Assembly: GCA_965603825.1 (NCBI GenBank)
Contig: CBFDEM010000025.1
Location: forward strand, 310,001-374,000
DNA length: 64,000 bases
Direction: 5' to 3'
DNA from: Blepharisma stoltei ATCC 30299
Lineage: Eukaryota; Protista; Ciliophora
Shown here: one piece after another, positions 38,601-50,257 of the stretch
Layout: each line of letters starts with the position of its first letter
Position numbering within the stretch: the stretch's first letter is position 1
Position numbers and translations under genes: made by a program
Notes under the pieces: model-generated
The model's database searches: none
What the model saw: the letters and a program-made list of their open reading frames with translations, nothing else
What the model was told of the DNA's origin: nothing

Positions 38601-41600
38601 TGCAAGTTGCGCAGCCATTTGAGCCAGCTGTGCACTTAGGTGAGCAAGTATTTGGAGAAGTTGAAGATACTGCGTCGCTTTCTGAAGTGCAAGACCCACA
38701 AGTAGTGTCATCTGTGCAAGTTGCGCAGCCGTTTGAGCCAATTGTACATTTAGCTGAGCAAGTGTTTGGAGATGTTGAAGAAACTGCGTCGCTTTCTGAA
38801 GTGCAAGACCCGCAAGTAGTGTCATCTGTGCAAGTTGCGCAGCCGTTTGATCCAACTGTGCATTTTCCTACACATTTGTGTCCAGACACTGCATCGCTTT
38901 CTGAAGTGCAAGACGCGCAAGTAGTATCATCTGTGCAAGTTGCGCAGCCATTTGAGCCAGCTGTGCATTTAGGCGAGCAAGTGTTTGGTGAAGTTGAAGA
39001 TACTGCATCGCTTTCTGAAGTGCAAGACCCGCAAGTAGTGTCATCTGTGCAAGTTGCGCAGCCATTTGAGCCAGTTGTGCATTTAGCTGAGCAAGTGTTT
39101 GGAGAAGTTGAAGATACTGCGTCGCTTTCTGAAGTGCAGGACCCACAAGTAGTGTCATCTGTGCAAGTTGCGCAGCCGTTTGAGCCAACTGTACATTCAG
39201 GTGAGCAAGTGTTTGGAGAAGTTGAAGATACTGCGTCGCTTTCTGAAGTGCAAGACCCGCAAGTAGTATCATCTGTGCAAGTTGCACAGCCGTTTGATCC
39301 AACTGTGCATTTACCTACACATTTGTTTCCGGATACTGCATCGCTTTCTGAAGTGCATGACGCGCAAGTAGTGTCATCTGTGCAAGTTGCGCAGCCATTT
39401 GAGCCAGCTGTGCACTTAGGTGAGCAAGTATTTGGAGAAGTTGAAGATACTGCGTCGCTTTCTGAAGTGCAAGACCCACAAGTAGTGTCATCTGTGCAAG
39501 TTGCGCAACCGTTTGAGCCAACTGTACATTTAGCTGAGCAAGTGTTTGGAGAAGTTGAAGATACTGCATCGCTTTCTGAAGTGCAAGACCCGCAATTAGT
39601 GTCATCTGTGCAAGTTGCGCAGCCGTTTGAGCCAACTGTGCATTTTCCTACACATTTGTGTCCGGATACAGCATCGCTTTCTGAAGTGCAAGATGCGCAA
39701 GTAGTGTCATCTGTGCAAGTTGCGCAGCCATTTGAGCCAGCTGTGCATTTAGGCGAGCAAGTGTTTGGTGAAGTTGAAGATACTGCATCGCTTTCTGAAG
39801 TGCAAGATCCGCAAGTAGTGTCATCTGTGCAAGTTGCGCAGCCATTTGAGCCAGTTGTGCATTTAGCTGAGCAAGTGTTTGGAGAAGTTGAAGATACTGC
39901 GTCGCTTTCTGAAGTGCAAGACCCACAAGTAGTGTCATCTGTGCAAGTTGCGCAGCCGTTTGAGCCAACTGTACATTTAGCTGAGCAAGTGTTTGGAGAA
40001 GTTGAAGATACTGCGTCGCTTTCTGAAGTGCAAGACCCGCAAGTAGTGTCATCTGTGCAAGTTGCGCAGCCGTTTGATCCAACTGTGCATTTTGCTACAC
40101 ACTTGTTTCCGGATACTGCATCGCTTTCTGAAGTGCAAGACGCGCAAGTAGTGTCATCTGTGCAAGTTGCGCAGCCATTTGAGCCCGCTGTGCATTTAGG
40201 TGAGCAAGTATTTGGAGAAGTTGAAGATACTGCATCGCTTTCTGAAGTGCAAGACCCACAAGTAGTGTCATCTGTGCAAGTTGCGCAGCCGTTTGAGCTA
40301 ACTGTACATTTAGGTGAGCAAGTGTTTGGAGAAGTTGAAGATACAGCGTCGCTTTCTGAAGTGCAAGACCCGCAAGTAGTGTCATCTGTGCAAGTTGCGC
40401 AGCCGTTTGATCCAACTGTGCATTTTCCTGCACATTTGTGTCCGGATACTGCATCGCTTTCTGAAGTGCAAGACGCGCAAGTAGTGTCATCTGTGCAAGT
40501 TGCGCAGCCATTTGAGCCAGCTGTGCATTTAGGCGAGCAAGTGTTTGGTGAAGTTGAAGATACTGCATCGCTTTCTGAAGTGCAAGATCCGCAAGTAGTG
40601 TCATCTGTGCAAGTTGCGCAGCCATTTGAGCCAGTTGTGCATTTAGCTGAGCAAGTGTTTGGAGAAGTTGAAGACACTGCGTCGCTTTCTGAAGTGCAAG
40701 ACCCGCAAGTAGTGTCATCTGTGCAAGTTGCGCACCCGTTTGAGCCAACTGTACATTTAGGTGAGCAAGTGTTTGGAGAAGTTGAAGATACTGCGTCGCT
40801 TTCTGAAGTGCAAGACCCACAAGTAGTGTCATCTGTGCAAGTTGCGCAGCCGTTTGATCCAACTGTGCATTTTGCTACACACTTGTTTCCGGATACTGCA
40901 TCGCTTTCTGAAGTGCAAGACGCACAAGTAGTGTCATCTGTGCAAGTTGCGCAGCCATTTGAGCCCGCTGTACATTTAGGTGAGCAAGTATTTGGAGAAG
41001 TTGAAGATACTGCGTCGCTTTCTGAAGTGCAAGACCCGCAAGTAGTATCATCTGTGCAAGTTGCACAACCGTTTGAGCCAACTGTGCATTTAGCTGAGCA
41101 AGTGTTTGGAGAAGTTGAAGATACAGCGTCGCTTTCTGAAGTGCAAGACCCGCAAGTAGTGTCATCTGTGCAAGTTGCGCAGCCGTTTGATCCAACTGTG
41201 CATTTACCTACACATTTGTGTCCGGATACTGCATCACTTTCTGAAGTGCAAGACGCGCAAGTAGTGTCATCTGTGCAAGTTGCGCAGCCATTTGAGCCAG
41301 CTGTGCATTTAGGTGAGCAAGTGTTTGGTGAAGTTGAAGATACTGCGTCGCTTTCTGAAGTGCAAGATCCGCAAGTAGTGTCATCTGTGCAAGTTGCGCA
41401 GCCATTTGAGCCTATTGTGCATTTAGCTGAGCAGGTGTTTGGAGAAGTTGAAGATACTGCGTCGCTTTCTGAAGTGCAAGACCCGCAAGTAGTGTCATCT
41501 GTGCAAGTTGCGCACCCGTTTGAGCCAACTGTGCATTTAGCTGAGCAAGTGTTTGGAGAAGTTGAAGATACTGCGTCGCTTTCTGAAGTGCAAGACCCGC

Positions 41601-44600
41601 AAGTAGTATCATCTGTGCAAGTTGCGCAGCCATTTGATCCAACTGTACATTTACCTACACATTTGTTTCCGGATACTGCATCGCTTTCTGAAGTGCAAGA
41701 CGCACAAGTAGTGTCATCTGTGCAAGTTGCGCAGCCATTTGAGCCAGCTGTACATTTAGGTGAACAAGTATTTGGAGAAGTTGAAGATACTGCGTCGCTT
41801 TCTGAAGTGCAAGACCCGCAAGTAGTGTCATCTGTGCAAGTTGCGCAGCCGCTCGAGCCAACTGTACATTTAGCTGAGCAAGTGTTTGGAGAAGTTGAAG
41901 ATACTGCGTCGCTTTCTGAAGTGCAAGACCCGCAAGTAGTGTCATCTGTGCAAGTTGCGCAGCCATTTGATCCAACTGTGCATTTTCCTACACATTTGTG
42001 TCCGGATACTGCATCGCCTTCTGAAGTGCAAGACCCGCAAGTAGTGTCATCAGTGCAAGTTGCGCAGCCATTTGAGCCAGCTGTGCATTTAGGCGAGCAA
42101 GTGTTTGGTGAAGTTGAAGATACTGCATCGCTTTCTGAAGTGCAAGACCCGCAAGTAGTGTCATCTGTGCAAGTTGCGCAGCCATTTGAGCCAGTTGTGC
42201 ATTTAGCTGAGCAGGTGTTTGGAGAAGTTGAAGATACTGCGTCGCTTTCTGAAGTACAAGACCCGCAATTAGTGTCATCTGTGCAAGTTGCGCACCCGTT
42301 TGAGCCAACTGTACATTTAGGTGAGCAAGTGTTTGGAGAAGTTGAAGATACTGCGTCGCTTTCTGAAGTGCAAGACCCGCAAGTAGTGTCATCTGTGCAA
42401 GTTGCACAGCCGTTTGATCCAACTGTGCATTTTGCTAAACACTTGTTTCCGGATACTGCATCGCTTTCTGAAGTGCAAGACGCGCAAGTAGTGTCATCTG
42501 TGCAAGTTGCGCAGCCATTTGAGCCCGCTGTGCATTTAGGTGAGCAAGTATTTGGAGAAGTTGAAGATACTGCGTCGCTTTCTGAAGTGCAAGACCCGCA
42601 AGTAGTGTCATCTGTGCAAGTTGCACAACCGTTTGAGCCAACTGTGCATTTAGCTGAACAAGTATTTGGAGAAGTTGAAGATACTGCGTCGCTTTCTGAA
42701 GTGCAAGACCCGCAAGTAGTGTCATCTGTGCAAGTTGCGCACCCGTTTGAGCCAACTGTGCATTTGCCTACACATTTGTTTCCGGATACTGCGTCGCTTT
42801 CTGAAGTGCAAGACGCGCAAGTAGTGTCATCTGTGCAAGTTGTGCAGCCATTTGAGCCAGCTGTGCATTTAGGCGAGCAAGTGTTTGGTGAAGTTGAAGA
42901 TACTGCATCGCTTTCTGAAGTGCAAGACCCGCAAGTAGTGTCATCTGTGCAAGTTGCGCAGCCATTTGAGCCAGTTGTGCATTTAGCTGAGCAGGTGTTT
43001 GGAGAAGCTGAAGATACTGCGTCGCTTTCTGAAGTGCAAGACCCGCAAGTAGTGTCATCTGTGCAAGTTGCGCACCCGTTTGAGCCAACTGTACATTTAG
43101 CTGAGCAAGTGTTTGGAGAAGTTGAAGATACTGCGTCGCTTTCTGAAGTACAAGACCCGCAAGTAGTGTCATCTGTACAAGTTGCGCAGCCATTTGAGCC
43201 AACTGTGCATTTACCTACACATTTGTTTCCGGATACTGCATCGCTTTCTGAAGTGCAAGACGCGCAAGTAGTGTCATCTGTGCAAGTTGCGCAGCCATTT
43301 GAGCCAGCTGTGCATTTAGGCGAGCAAGTATTTGGTGAAGTTGAAGATACTGCATCGCTTTCTGAAGTGCAAGACCCGCAAGTAGTGTCATCTGTGCAAG
43401 TTGCGCAGCCATTTGAGCCAACTGTGCATTTAGCTGAGCAAGTGTTTGGAGAAGTTGAAGATACTGCGTCGCTTTCTGAAGTACAAGACCCGCAATTAGT
43501 GTCATCTGTGCAAGTTGCGCACCCGTTTGAGCCAACTGTACATTTTGCAGAGCAAGTGTTTGGAGAAGTTGAAGATACAGCGTCACTTTCTGAAGTGCAA
43601 GACGCGCAAGTAGTGTCATCAGTGCAAGTTGCGCAGCCGTTTGATCCAACTGTGCATTTACCTACACATTTGTTTCCGGATACTGCATCGCTTTCTGAAG
43701 TGCAAGACGCGCAAGTAGTGTCATCTGTGCAAGTTGTGCAGCCATTTGAGCCAGCTGTGCATTTAGGTGAGCAAGTGTTTGGAGAAGTTGAAGATACTGC
43801 GTCGCTTTCTGAAGTGCAAGACCCGCAAGTAGTGTCATCTGTGCAAGTTGCGCACCCGTTTGAGCCAACTGTGCATTTAGCTGAGCAAGTGTTTGGAGAA
43901 GTTGAAGATACTGCGTCGCTTTCTGAAGTGCAAGACCCGCAAGTAGTGTCATCTGTGCAAGTTGCGCACCCGTTTGATCCAACTGTGCATTTTGCTACAC
44001 ACTTATTTCCGGATACTGCATCGCTTTCTGAAGTGCAAGTTCCGCAAGTAGTGTCATCTGTGCAAGTTGCGCAGCCATTTGAGCCAGCTGTGCATTTAGG
44101 CGAGCAAGTGTTTGGTGAAGTTGAAGATACTGCATCACTTTCTGAAGTGCAAGACCCGCAAGTAGTGTCATCTGTGCAAGTTGCGCAGCCATTTGAGCCA
44201 ACTGTGCATTTAGCTGAGCAGGTGTTTGGAGAAGTTGAAGATACTGCGTCGCTTTCTGAAGTGCAAGACCCGCAAGTAGTGTCATCTGTGCAAGTTGCGC
44301 ACCCGTTTGAGCCAACTGTACATTTTGCAGAGCAAGTGTTTGGAGAAGTTGAAGATACTGCGTCGCTTTCTGAAGTGCAAGACCCGCAAGTAGTGTCATC
44401 TGTGCAAGTTGCGCAGCCGTTTGAGCCAACTGTGCATTTTCCTGCACATTTGTTTCCGGATACTGCATCGCTTTCTGAAGTGCAAGACGCGCAAGTAGTG
44501 TCATCTGTGCAAGTTGCGCAGCCATTTGAGCCAGCTGTGCATTTTTTAGCTGAGCAAGTGTTTGGAGAAGTTGAAGATACTTCGTCGTATTTTGAAGTGC

Positions 44601-45633
44601 AAGACCCGCAAGTAGTAGTATCTGAGCAAGTTGCGCACCCGTTTGAGCCAGCTGTACATTTTGCGGAGCAAGTGTTTGGAGAAGTTGAAGATACTGCGTC
44701 GCTTTCTGAAGTGCAAGACCCGCAAGTAGTGTCATCTGTGCAAGTTGCGCACCCGTTTGAGCCAACTGTGCATTTAGGTAAGCAAGCAATTGGATATGCT
44801 GAAGATACTGCGTCGCTTTCTGAAGTGCAAGACGCGCAAGTAGTGTCATCTGTGCAAGTTGCGCAGCCGTTTGAGCCAGCTGTGCATTTTTTAGCTGAGC
44901 AAGTGTTTGGAGAAGTTGAAGATACTTCGTCGTATTTTGAAGTGCAAGACCCGCAAGTAGTAGTATCTGAGCAAGTTGCGCACCCGTTTGAGCCAACTGT
45001 GCATTTAGGCGAGCAAACTACTGGTGATGACGATGTTAATGCGTAATCATTTGAGTTGCATTTGGTGCAGTCATCACCTGAACATGTCTGACAATGATTT
45101 TGCCCGCCTGTGCACGCTAAATGCCTTTCTTGCTTCTTTGCATTATTTCTTTTATCTTCATTATGGGTAGAGTTTTCAAACATTTGAAAGAATGAGCTAT
45201 TGTTAGATTTCTCTGATTGCATATCATTCCTTCATTCCCTTTCATCTTCATAATGAGTAATGCTTTCTTCATTTAGGAGCTTTTCGTCATATCTGGATTC
45301 TGCTTCCATTAGATTTGCTTTACTTGATTCATTTGCTTCAGGTGGAATATTTTTATGAGGTTCGGCATCTTCTTGAATCTGAGAAAAATCTGGTTTGCTA
45401 AGTAAATCAGAAGAAGCTTCTCCTCGTTTGGTTCTATTCCCTCCAACTTTGTCATCCTTGTGACGAACGGTGCCTTCTTGGACCACATGATGGATGATTT
45501 CTGGGCTTTCGCCGGTTGAGCTAGAGTCAAAGTTGGGATTATTTAAGCCTTTGGTTGTTTCTGAGGTGATTTGTCCTGCAGCGTGAAGTAGCTGAAGGAT
45601 GAGAAGAGACAAAAACAGCAAAAGCTTTGACAT
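17623..45633 (-). CDS. Giant polycystin-1/REJ-like surface membrane protein, 9,336 aa (signal peptide, about 200 Cys-rich repeats, furin/EGF-like repeats, REJ-like region, GAIN/GPS, 5 TM)
   Basis: ORF 45232..45633 (signal peptide MSKLLLFLSLLILQLLHAAG) joins ORF 17623..45222 in frame through TGA(Trp) 45232-45234 (ERE-W-RND-MQSEK). The REJ-like segment includes SKDPDDSSGLTYAWTC...VSPTTGMALIDTFTISISGCVDRDDEDYPLLYTY. The GPS-like segment is WGCQYYNETSSNWTESNC...VYHFSMY, followed by TM1. HLALGIFYYRPTFSRVARLFTL resembles the polycystin-1 H..LSIF...FTRVQRL motif, and four further TM helices follow. Confidence 0.88.
22560..45010 (-). repeat. Coding tandem array: about 200 units of 114 bp (38 aa) or 105 bp (35 aa) in a 780-bp higher-order repeat
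   Basis: Units are CT(V/A/T)GSNGCATCTDDTTCGSCTSESDAVSSTSPNTCS(P/A)K and CTAGSNGCATCTD(D/S)TTC(A/G)SCTSESD(A/V/I)VSG(N/H)KCVGK. Short units recur at alternating 333- and 447-bp spacing. Confidence 0.97.
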
Positions 45634-46804
45634 TTTTTATTATCCACTCAAAAGTTAGTTCAAAAATGTTTAAATTAAAAATTTTTAAATTTATAATAGC
45701 CATTAGTTTAACTTTGAAGCCTTTCCAAAGTAACTTGAATTGAAATATAATTAAATGACGACTCCAGCACTCAATATATATTCTATGGCTGAGTTCTAGC
45801 AAAACTCCTACTTTTAGCTAGCGAATGTTAATTAAGCTTAGTGTTATGCTTTTTTCTGTCTTAATTAGATCTAAGAAATCAAAAATTTTCTTAGAATATT
45901 CTGGGTTGTAGTGTTTTGTGCAGATTCTATCTGTAAAAGTCTTGGTTAATCCATATGGTGAGTAGGGGTCATCTTGAAAATTAAATTCATTTTCTATAGA
46001 GCTATATATTTGAAAACTATTAACTAAGCAATCAAGTTTTATTAAGATATTTTCAATTAGAAAAAGTTTAAATGCATAATTTATATTATTCAATTAAGAA
46101 AATAATAGCCGCTATTATTTCTTAGATTTAAACTGAGTGAAGCCAGGATAAGCATAAGTAAAATATTAAGACTTAACTCTTCCACTTAGCACAAGCAACC
46201 TACGAGCATTTACTGACTATTATTAAGCTGCTTTTATACGAATTAATATAATTAAGAGTTATGCTAATTTAATTGTGATACTGCTAAATAACTTTCGGCA
46301 TCTCTAAATAAATATTTAATACATTGGATTTTTTCTTTGATATCCTTTAATTATTTATAAAAATTACTTAACTCATAAATGAATGAAATGAAATTTTAAA
46401 AGGTATGAGATAGCATCAATTTTGAGAAATTTAGTAGATGATAGTAATGCTTTTGTTAATAATCATAAACTATTATCAATGCTTGATAAAATTATACATT
46501 AAAATTTCTCGCAAAAGCAAAAATTTAAATATTAAAGCAATTCATTCCTGGTAACTATTTATAAATTTTTAAATAAATTAAATATTAGGAAAAACTTTGA
46601 ATGAAAGGTATCAGTAAATCATTTTTTAAAATTTTTTTTAAGCTGCAGAAAACAGCTTGACCTCCATAAGATCTGATCAGATCAGATATTTCTCTTATGC
46701 CAATCAGGGTTTGATAAATTTGTTCTAGAGTTAAGGTTAATTATAAAATCTCTTAAGGGTCCATTTACTATGTTTCTTTATCATCTTTAATATGAAGATC
46801 ATAA

Positions 46805-48943
46805 ATGGAAATGATTAAAAAACATGACCAAAAAACTCCAGACTCCTCCACATTAATTAGCAACGAGCAGTCTCAACCTCCTTTAACACATGAAGATCGC
46901 ATTCACACCCTAAAAAAGCTTCAAAGCCTCCACTCTTCAAATTTTTACATATTCCACGAAAGCAAAATTAAGGAATCCTGGGATACCGCATTTATTTTTC
47001 ACCCCAACCGATATTTTCGCATCATCTGAGACATTCTTATCCTCTGCTGCACTCTTTACCTCGCAATATCAATTCCAGTTTTTTTATTTTTTGTCATTCC
47101 TGTAGAAGATGAGTGAGTTTATATAGAGTTTGCTGTGCAAATTATGTTCATTCTGGATATTTTTGTATCACTCAACACTGGATATTTTTATAAAGGTGCT
47201 CTAGTGATGATAAGGACGATGATGGCAAAACATTACCTTGAGAAATGGCTTTTCCTTGATTTATTGTCAAGCTTTCCATGGGTATGGCTTGTAACTGGCT
47301 CAGTGTTTGAGAACGAAAAGATTGCTTTCGAGGAAAATACAAATACCTTCAACTCAATCAAATTTTCAAGGATAATTAGACTACTTAAGCTATTGAAATT
47401 TTTGAAGATGGAAAAGGTGATTGTAGATATCGAGGATTATTTTAAAAATCAGCTGGCTTCCATCTGGTTTTTATTTATTAAGCTGCTTTCACGTGTTTTA
47501 TTAATTGCACACTGAGCAGCTTGCTTGTTCTTTTATGTTAGCTATACAAATATTACAAAGCAAAGTGATAACTGGCTCATGAATTACCAGATTCTTGTTG
47601 AAGATGAAGTCTCAAAAACAGAGTTTTATATTTCTTCAATGTATTGGGCTATTACAACAATGGTTTCAGTTGGATATGGAGACCTTCATCCTATCTCAAC
47701 TGTGGAAAGATTTTACGGGATTTTTGCTATGGTCTGTTTATCAGCTACATTTGTAAACATCATAGGAAACCTATCTTCACTAATATCAGCAGCAAGCGCA
47801 AAAGAAGATAAATATAGAATCATGATTCAAGCCATCAACCGCTATATGAAAAAGAAAAAGTTATCCACAGATCTCCAATTCCGAGTCAGAAGCTATATTG
47901 ACTATATGCATGAAGTAGACGTAGACTACGAGTATGATGAACAAAATATCATAGATTTATTCAGTGGGCCATTAAAAGATGAAATTTACGACCACCTTCA
48001 TGGGCATGTCATAAAATCCTGTATACTATTTAATAGTGGGATATTTTCAAAGGAATTAGTAATCCACCTCCCAAGGCTACTTACATATCAAGCTTACGCC
48101 CCTGAAGATTCAATATTTGAAGAAGGAGAAGCAAGTAGGTCACTTTATTTCATCATGTCAGGAGAAGTTGAAGTTTACCATCCAACATCTAAAGCTTGCT
48201 ATACAACTTTAGGCCATGATAAATATTTCGGAGAAATCGGGTTTCTTGTTAATGCCCCACGCTGTGCATCTGTGAAGTCCATGTCGTTTACCGAAGTGTT
48301 TTTGATGTCTTTTCAGAGGTTTTATGAAGTCCTCTGTGTGAATCCTGAAGATGATAAAGCTTTAATTTTGTTGGAAAAAAAATGCAAAGACATGGATTAT
48401 TCATCAATTTACGTTTCTTGCTATTTGTGTAAAACCTTAGGGCATGTGGCAGCAAGATGCAAAAGCTTGATCTTTAATTTGGATCAAGAGCATACAAGGA
48501 ATGTGTGGCTTGAGGGAAGGAAAATGAGAGGCAGGAAAATCCCGGTGAACCCCGAAGAATTGGTGAATAGGAGGAATAATAGAATTAGGGAAGGATTTTA
48601 TGGTTCATTCAATGATAAGTTCGCTGCGTTGAATAGATATAAAGATCATGAGGCATTAATCAGAAAAGTAGAGGATTATTATATAGACATGGAAACCCCT
48701 TCGAGTGCGAACCTTTTTAGAAAGGTCAGACAAGAAGAGTGGCAAAGCATGAGACAGTTTTCAGGAATTTATAAGATAACAGAGTCTGATGAAGAAAGTG
48801 TAGAGGAAACTGTAAGGCAGCCAACATTTGATGTGTCACTTATGGGAAATTCTATGAGAGTAGACCCATCCAAGCCATTTGAAATATCGATAATTGGAGA
48901 AAGCTCTCGCAGAGATGATGATACAAGAAGTGAAATTTTATAG
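46805..48943 (+). CDS. Voltage-gated K+ channel with cyclic-nucleotide-binding domain (EAG/CNG-like) and CCHC zinc knuckle, 712 aa
   Basis: Three track ORFs form one frame through TGA(Trp) at 47027 (RII-W-D), 47114 and 47513 (IAH-W-AAC). Pore YWAITTMVSVGYGD; cNBD YFGEIGF...PRCASV; knuckle CYLCKTLGHVAARC. Confidence 0.92.
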
Positions 48944-49060
48944 CGAGGAGTAAATCATTGTAAATTATAGTTTTTTATGCGACAATTTAATTGAGATTTT
49001 TTATTTCATTGGGTATATTTTTGAAGAAATAATTTATAAATTATAGCGAGAAGAGTAAAC

Positions 49061-50257
49061 TTAGCAAGTTAAATTCTGCCGTGTATAATAAGAATCAATA
49101 GACCCAAGATAATGAATTATTGCAGCTGCAAGCACGAAGCAGTGCCAAATATTATGCGAGTTCCCGATAAAGTCCAATTTGCCAGGACAAAATCTTTCAG
49201 GGATTCTGAAAATATAAATCATCACCCCAATGATATAGCATAAAGCCATACCCATATAATACAATAAGGAAGTCGCGAAATCCAACGCTTCAGGTCTGAA
49301 TATGCCTTACATAAAAAATAAGTTTAAGCAAGGAATCAATCCAAGAAGCCCCAACATCAAAAATGTAGTCCCACGTAGCCATCTCCATTTCGGCTTACTA
49401 AAGCATGGAGTAAAGCTTGAAAAAAAAACCCCGAGAGCACATACCGATATTCCAACCAAATAAGCGATAACTAATTCTAAATATAAATTACCTTCATGGC
49501 AGTAGTAAATGTAATAAATCACAGGATAAAAAGACCCCGCAATTAAAATCGAAATCCCTGCATAGTCCAAAGTGCTCGAAAATTTGTAAACCTTGTAGGA
49601 ATGCGCACAAAATAAATGGTAAAATGAAGAACAGAATAGGCAGATCATTGCTGAAACCACAAACACATAAATCGGCCAGCGTGATAAATAATGCTCAGGA
49701 TTTGTAAAATCGCTCTGCAGTCCAAAGAAAACATAGTCTCCCATATCAATTTTTTGAATTACGAAAAGTCGATATTCCTCGATCTTTTGAGAAATAATTT
49801 CTTTTATGTCGTTAGAGTTCAATAAAGCTGACTGGGTCTCGATAGCATAAAGGACTTCCTTTTCCCAGTCTCCCACAAAGGCGTGGACTTTGTTGCTCAG
49901 GAGTTCCCAAGTCGATAATCCATAGTATCAACTGCTGGTAAAAGCTTCTCTTAAAACTTGGAGAAGCTGAACTCTGCTTAATTGAATGCCAATACTTTCA
50001 GCAATATCTAAAAATTCAATTGAGTACCACAGGAGAAATAAAAATACAAAAAGCCCAATCAAGTGAGTTCAGATATTGACTGACTCATTATGGCACATGA
50101 ACAAACTTTTGAGGATTCTTTTGGTTGTGCTAAAATTGATGCGATATCCTGAGTGAATGAATTCGTTGTCCTTCAAAAATGTGTGCGTATTGTCCAACGC
50201 TCCAATAGTGTGAGTCTCAGAAGTTTGCAAATCCTGCTGCAACTCAGAAATATTCAT
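49061..50257 (-). CDS. PAQR/adiponectin-receptor (HlyIII) family membrane protein
   Basis: GYRINF...HNESVNI-W(TGA)-THL, SSFYHLF, LDYAGISILI, RIPERFCPGKLDFIGNSHNIWHCFV. It has two TGA(Trp) codons and one or two 15-nt introns. Confidence 0.92.
49296..49310 (-). other. 15-nt intron GTAAGGCATATTCAG
   Basis: Removes the in-frame TAA and reconnects the last PAQR helices. Confidence 0.88.
49477..49491 (-). other. Candidate stop-less 15-nt intron GTAATTTATATTTAG
   Basis: Matches the consensus perfectly; retention would add 5 residues without breaking the frame. Confidence 0.65.

Noticed and set aside
22455-44996. Dozens of short 'MAQTAAQLAQ' ORFs on the minus strand
   Set aside because: These are alternative-frame read-outs of the same repeat, useful only as a ruler for the 333/447-bp periodicity.
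22560-45010. CRISPR array or non-coding satellite interpretation
   Set aside because: There are no unique spacers, unit lengths are multiples of three, and variation is mostly synonymous in one frame continuous with unique N- and C-terminal coding sequence.
22289-45046. 7,585-aa antisense ORF over the repeat array
   Set aside because: This is a shadow frame. Each antisense codon is made of sense position 3 plus the next positions 1-2, so a stop needs a Tyr, His or Gln codon after a pyrimidine, and the repeat almost lacks these residues. It has no ATG start or independent features.
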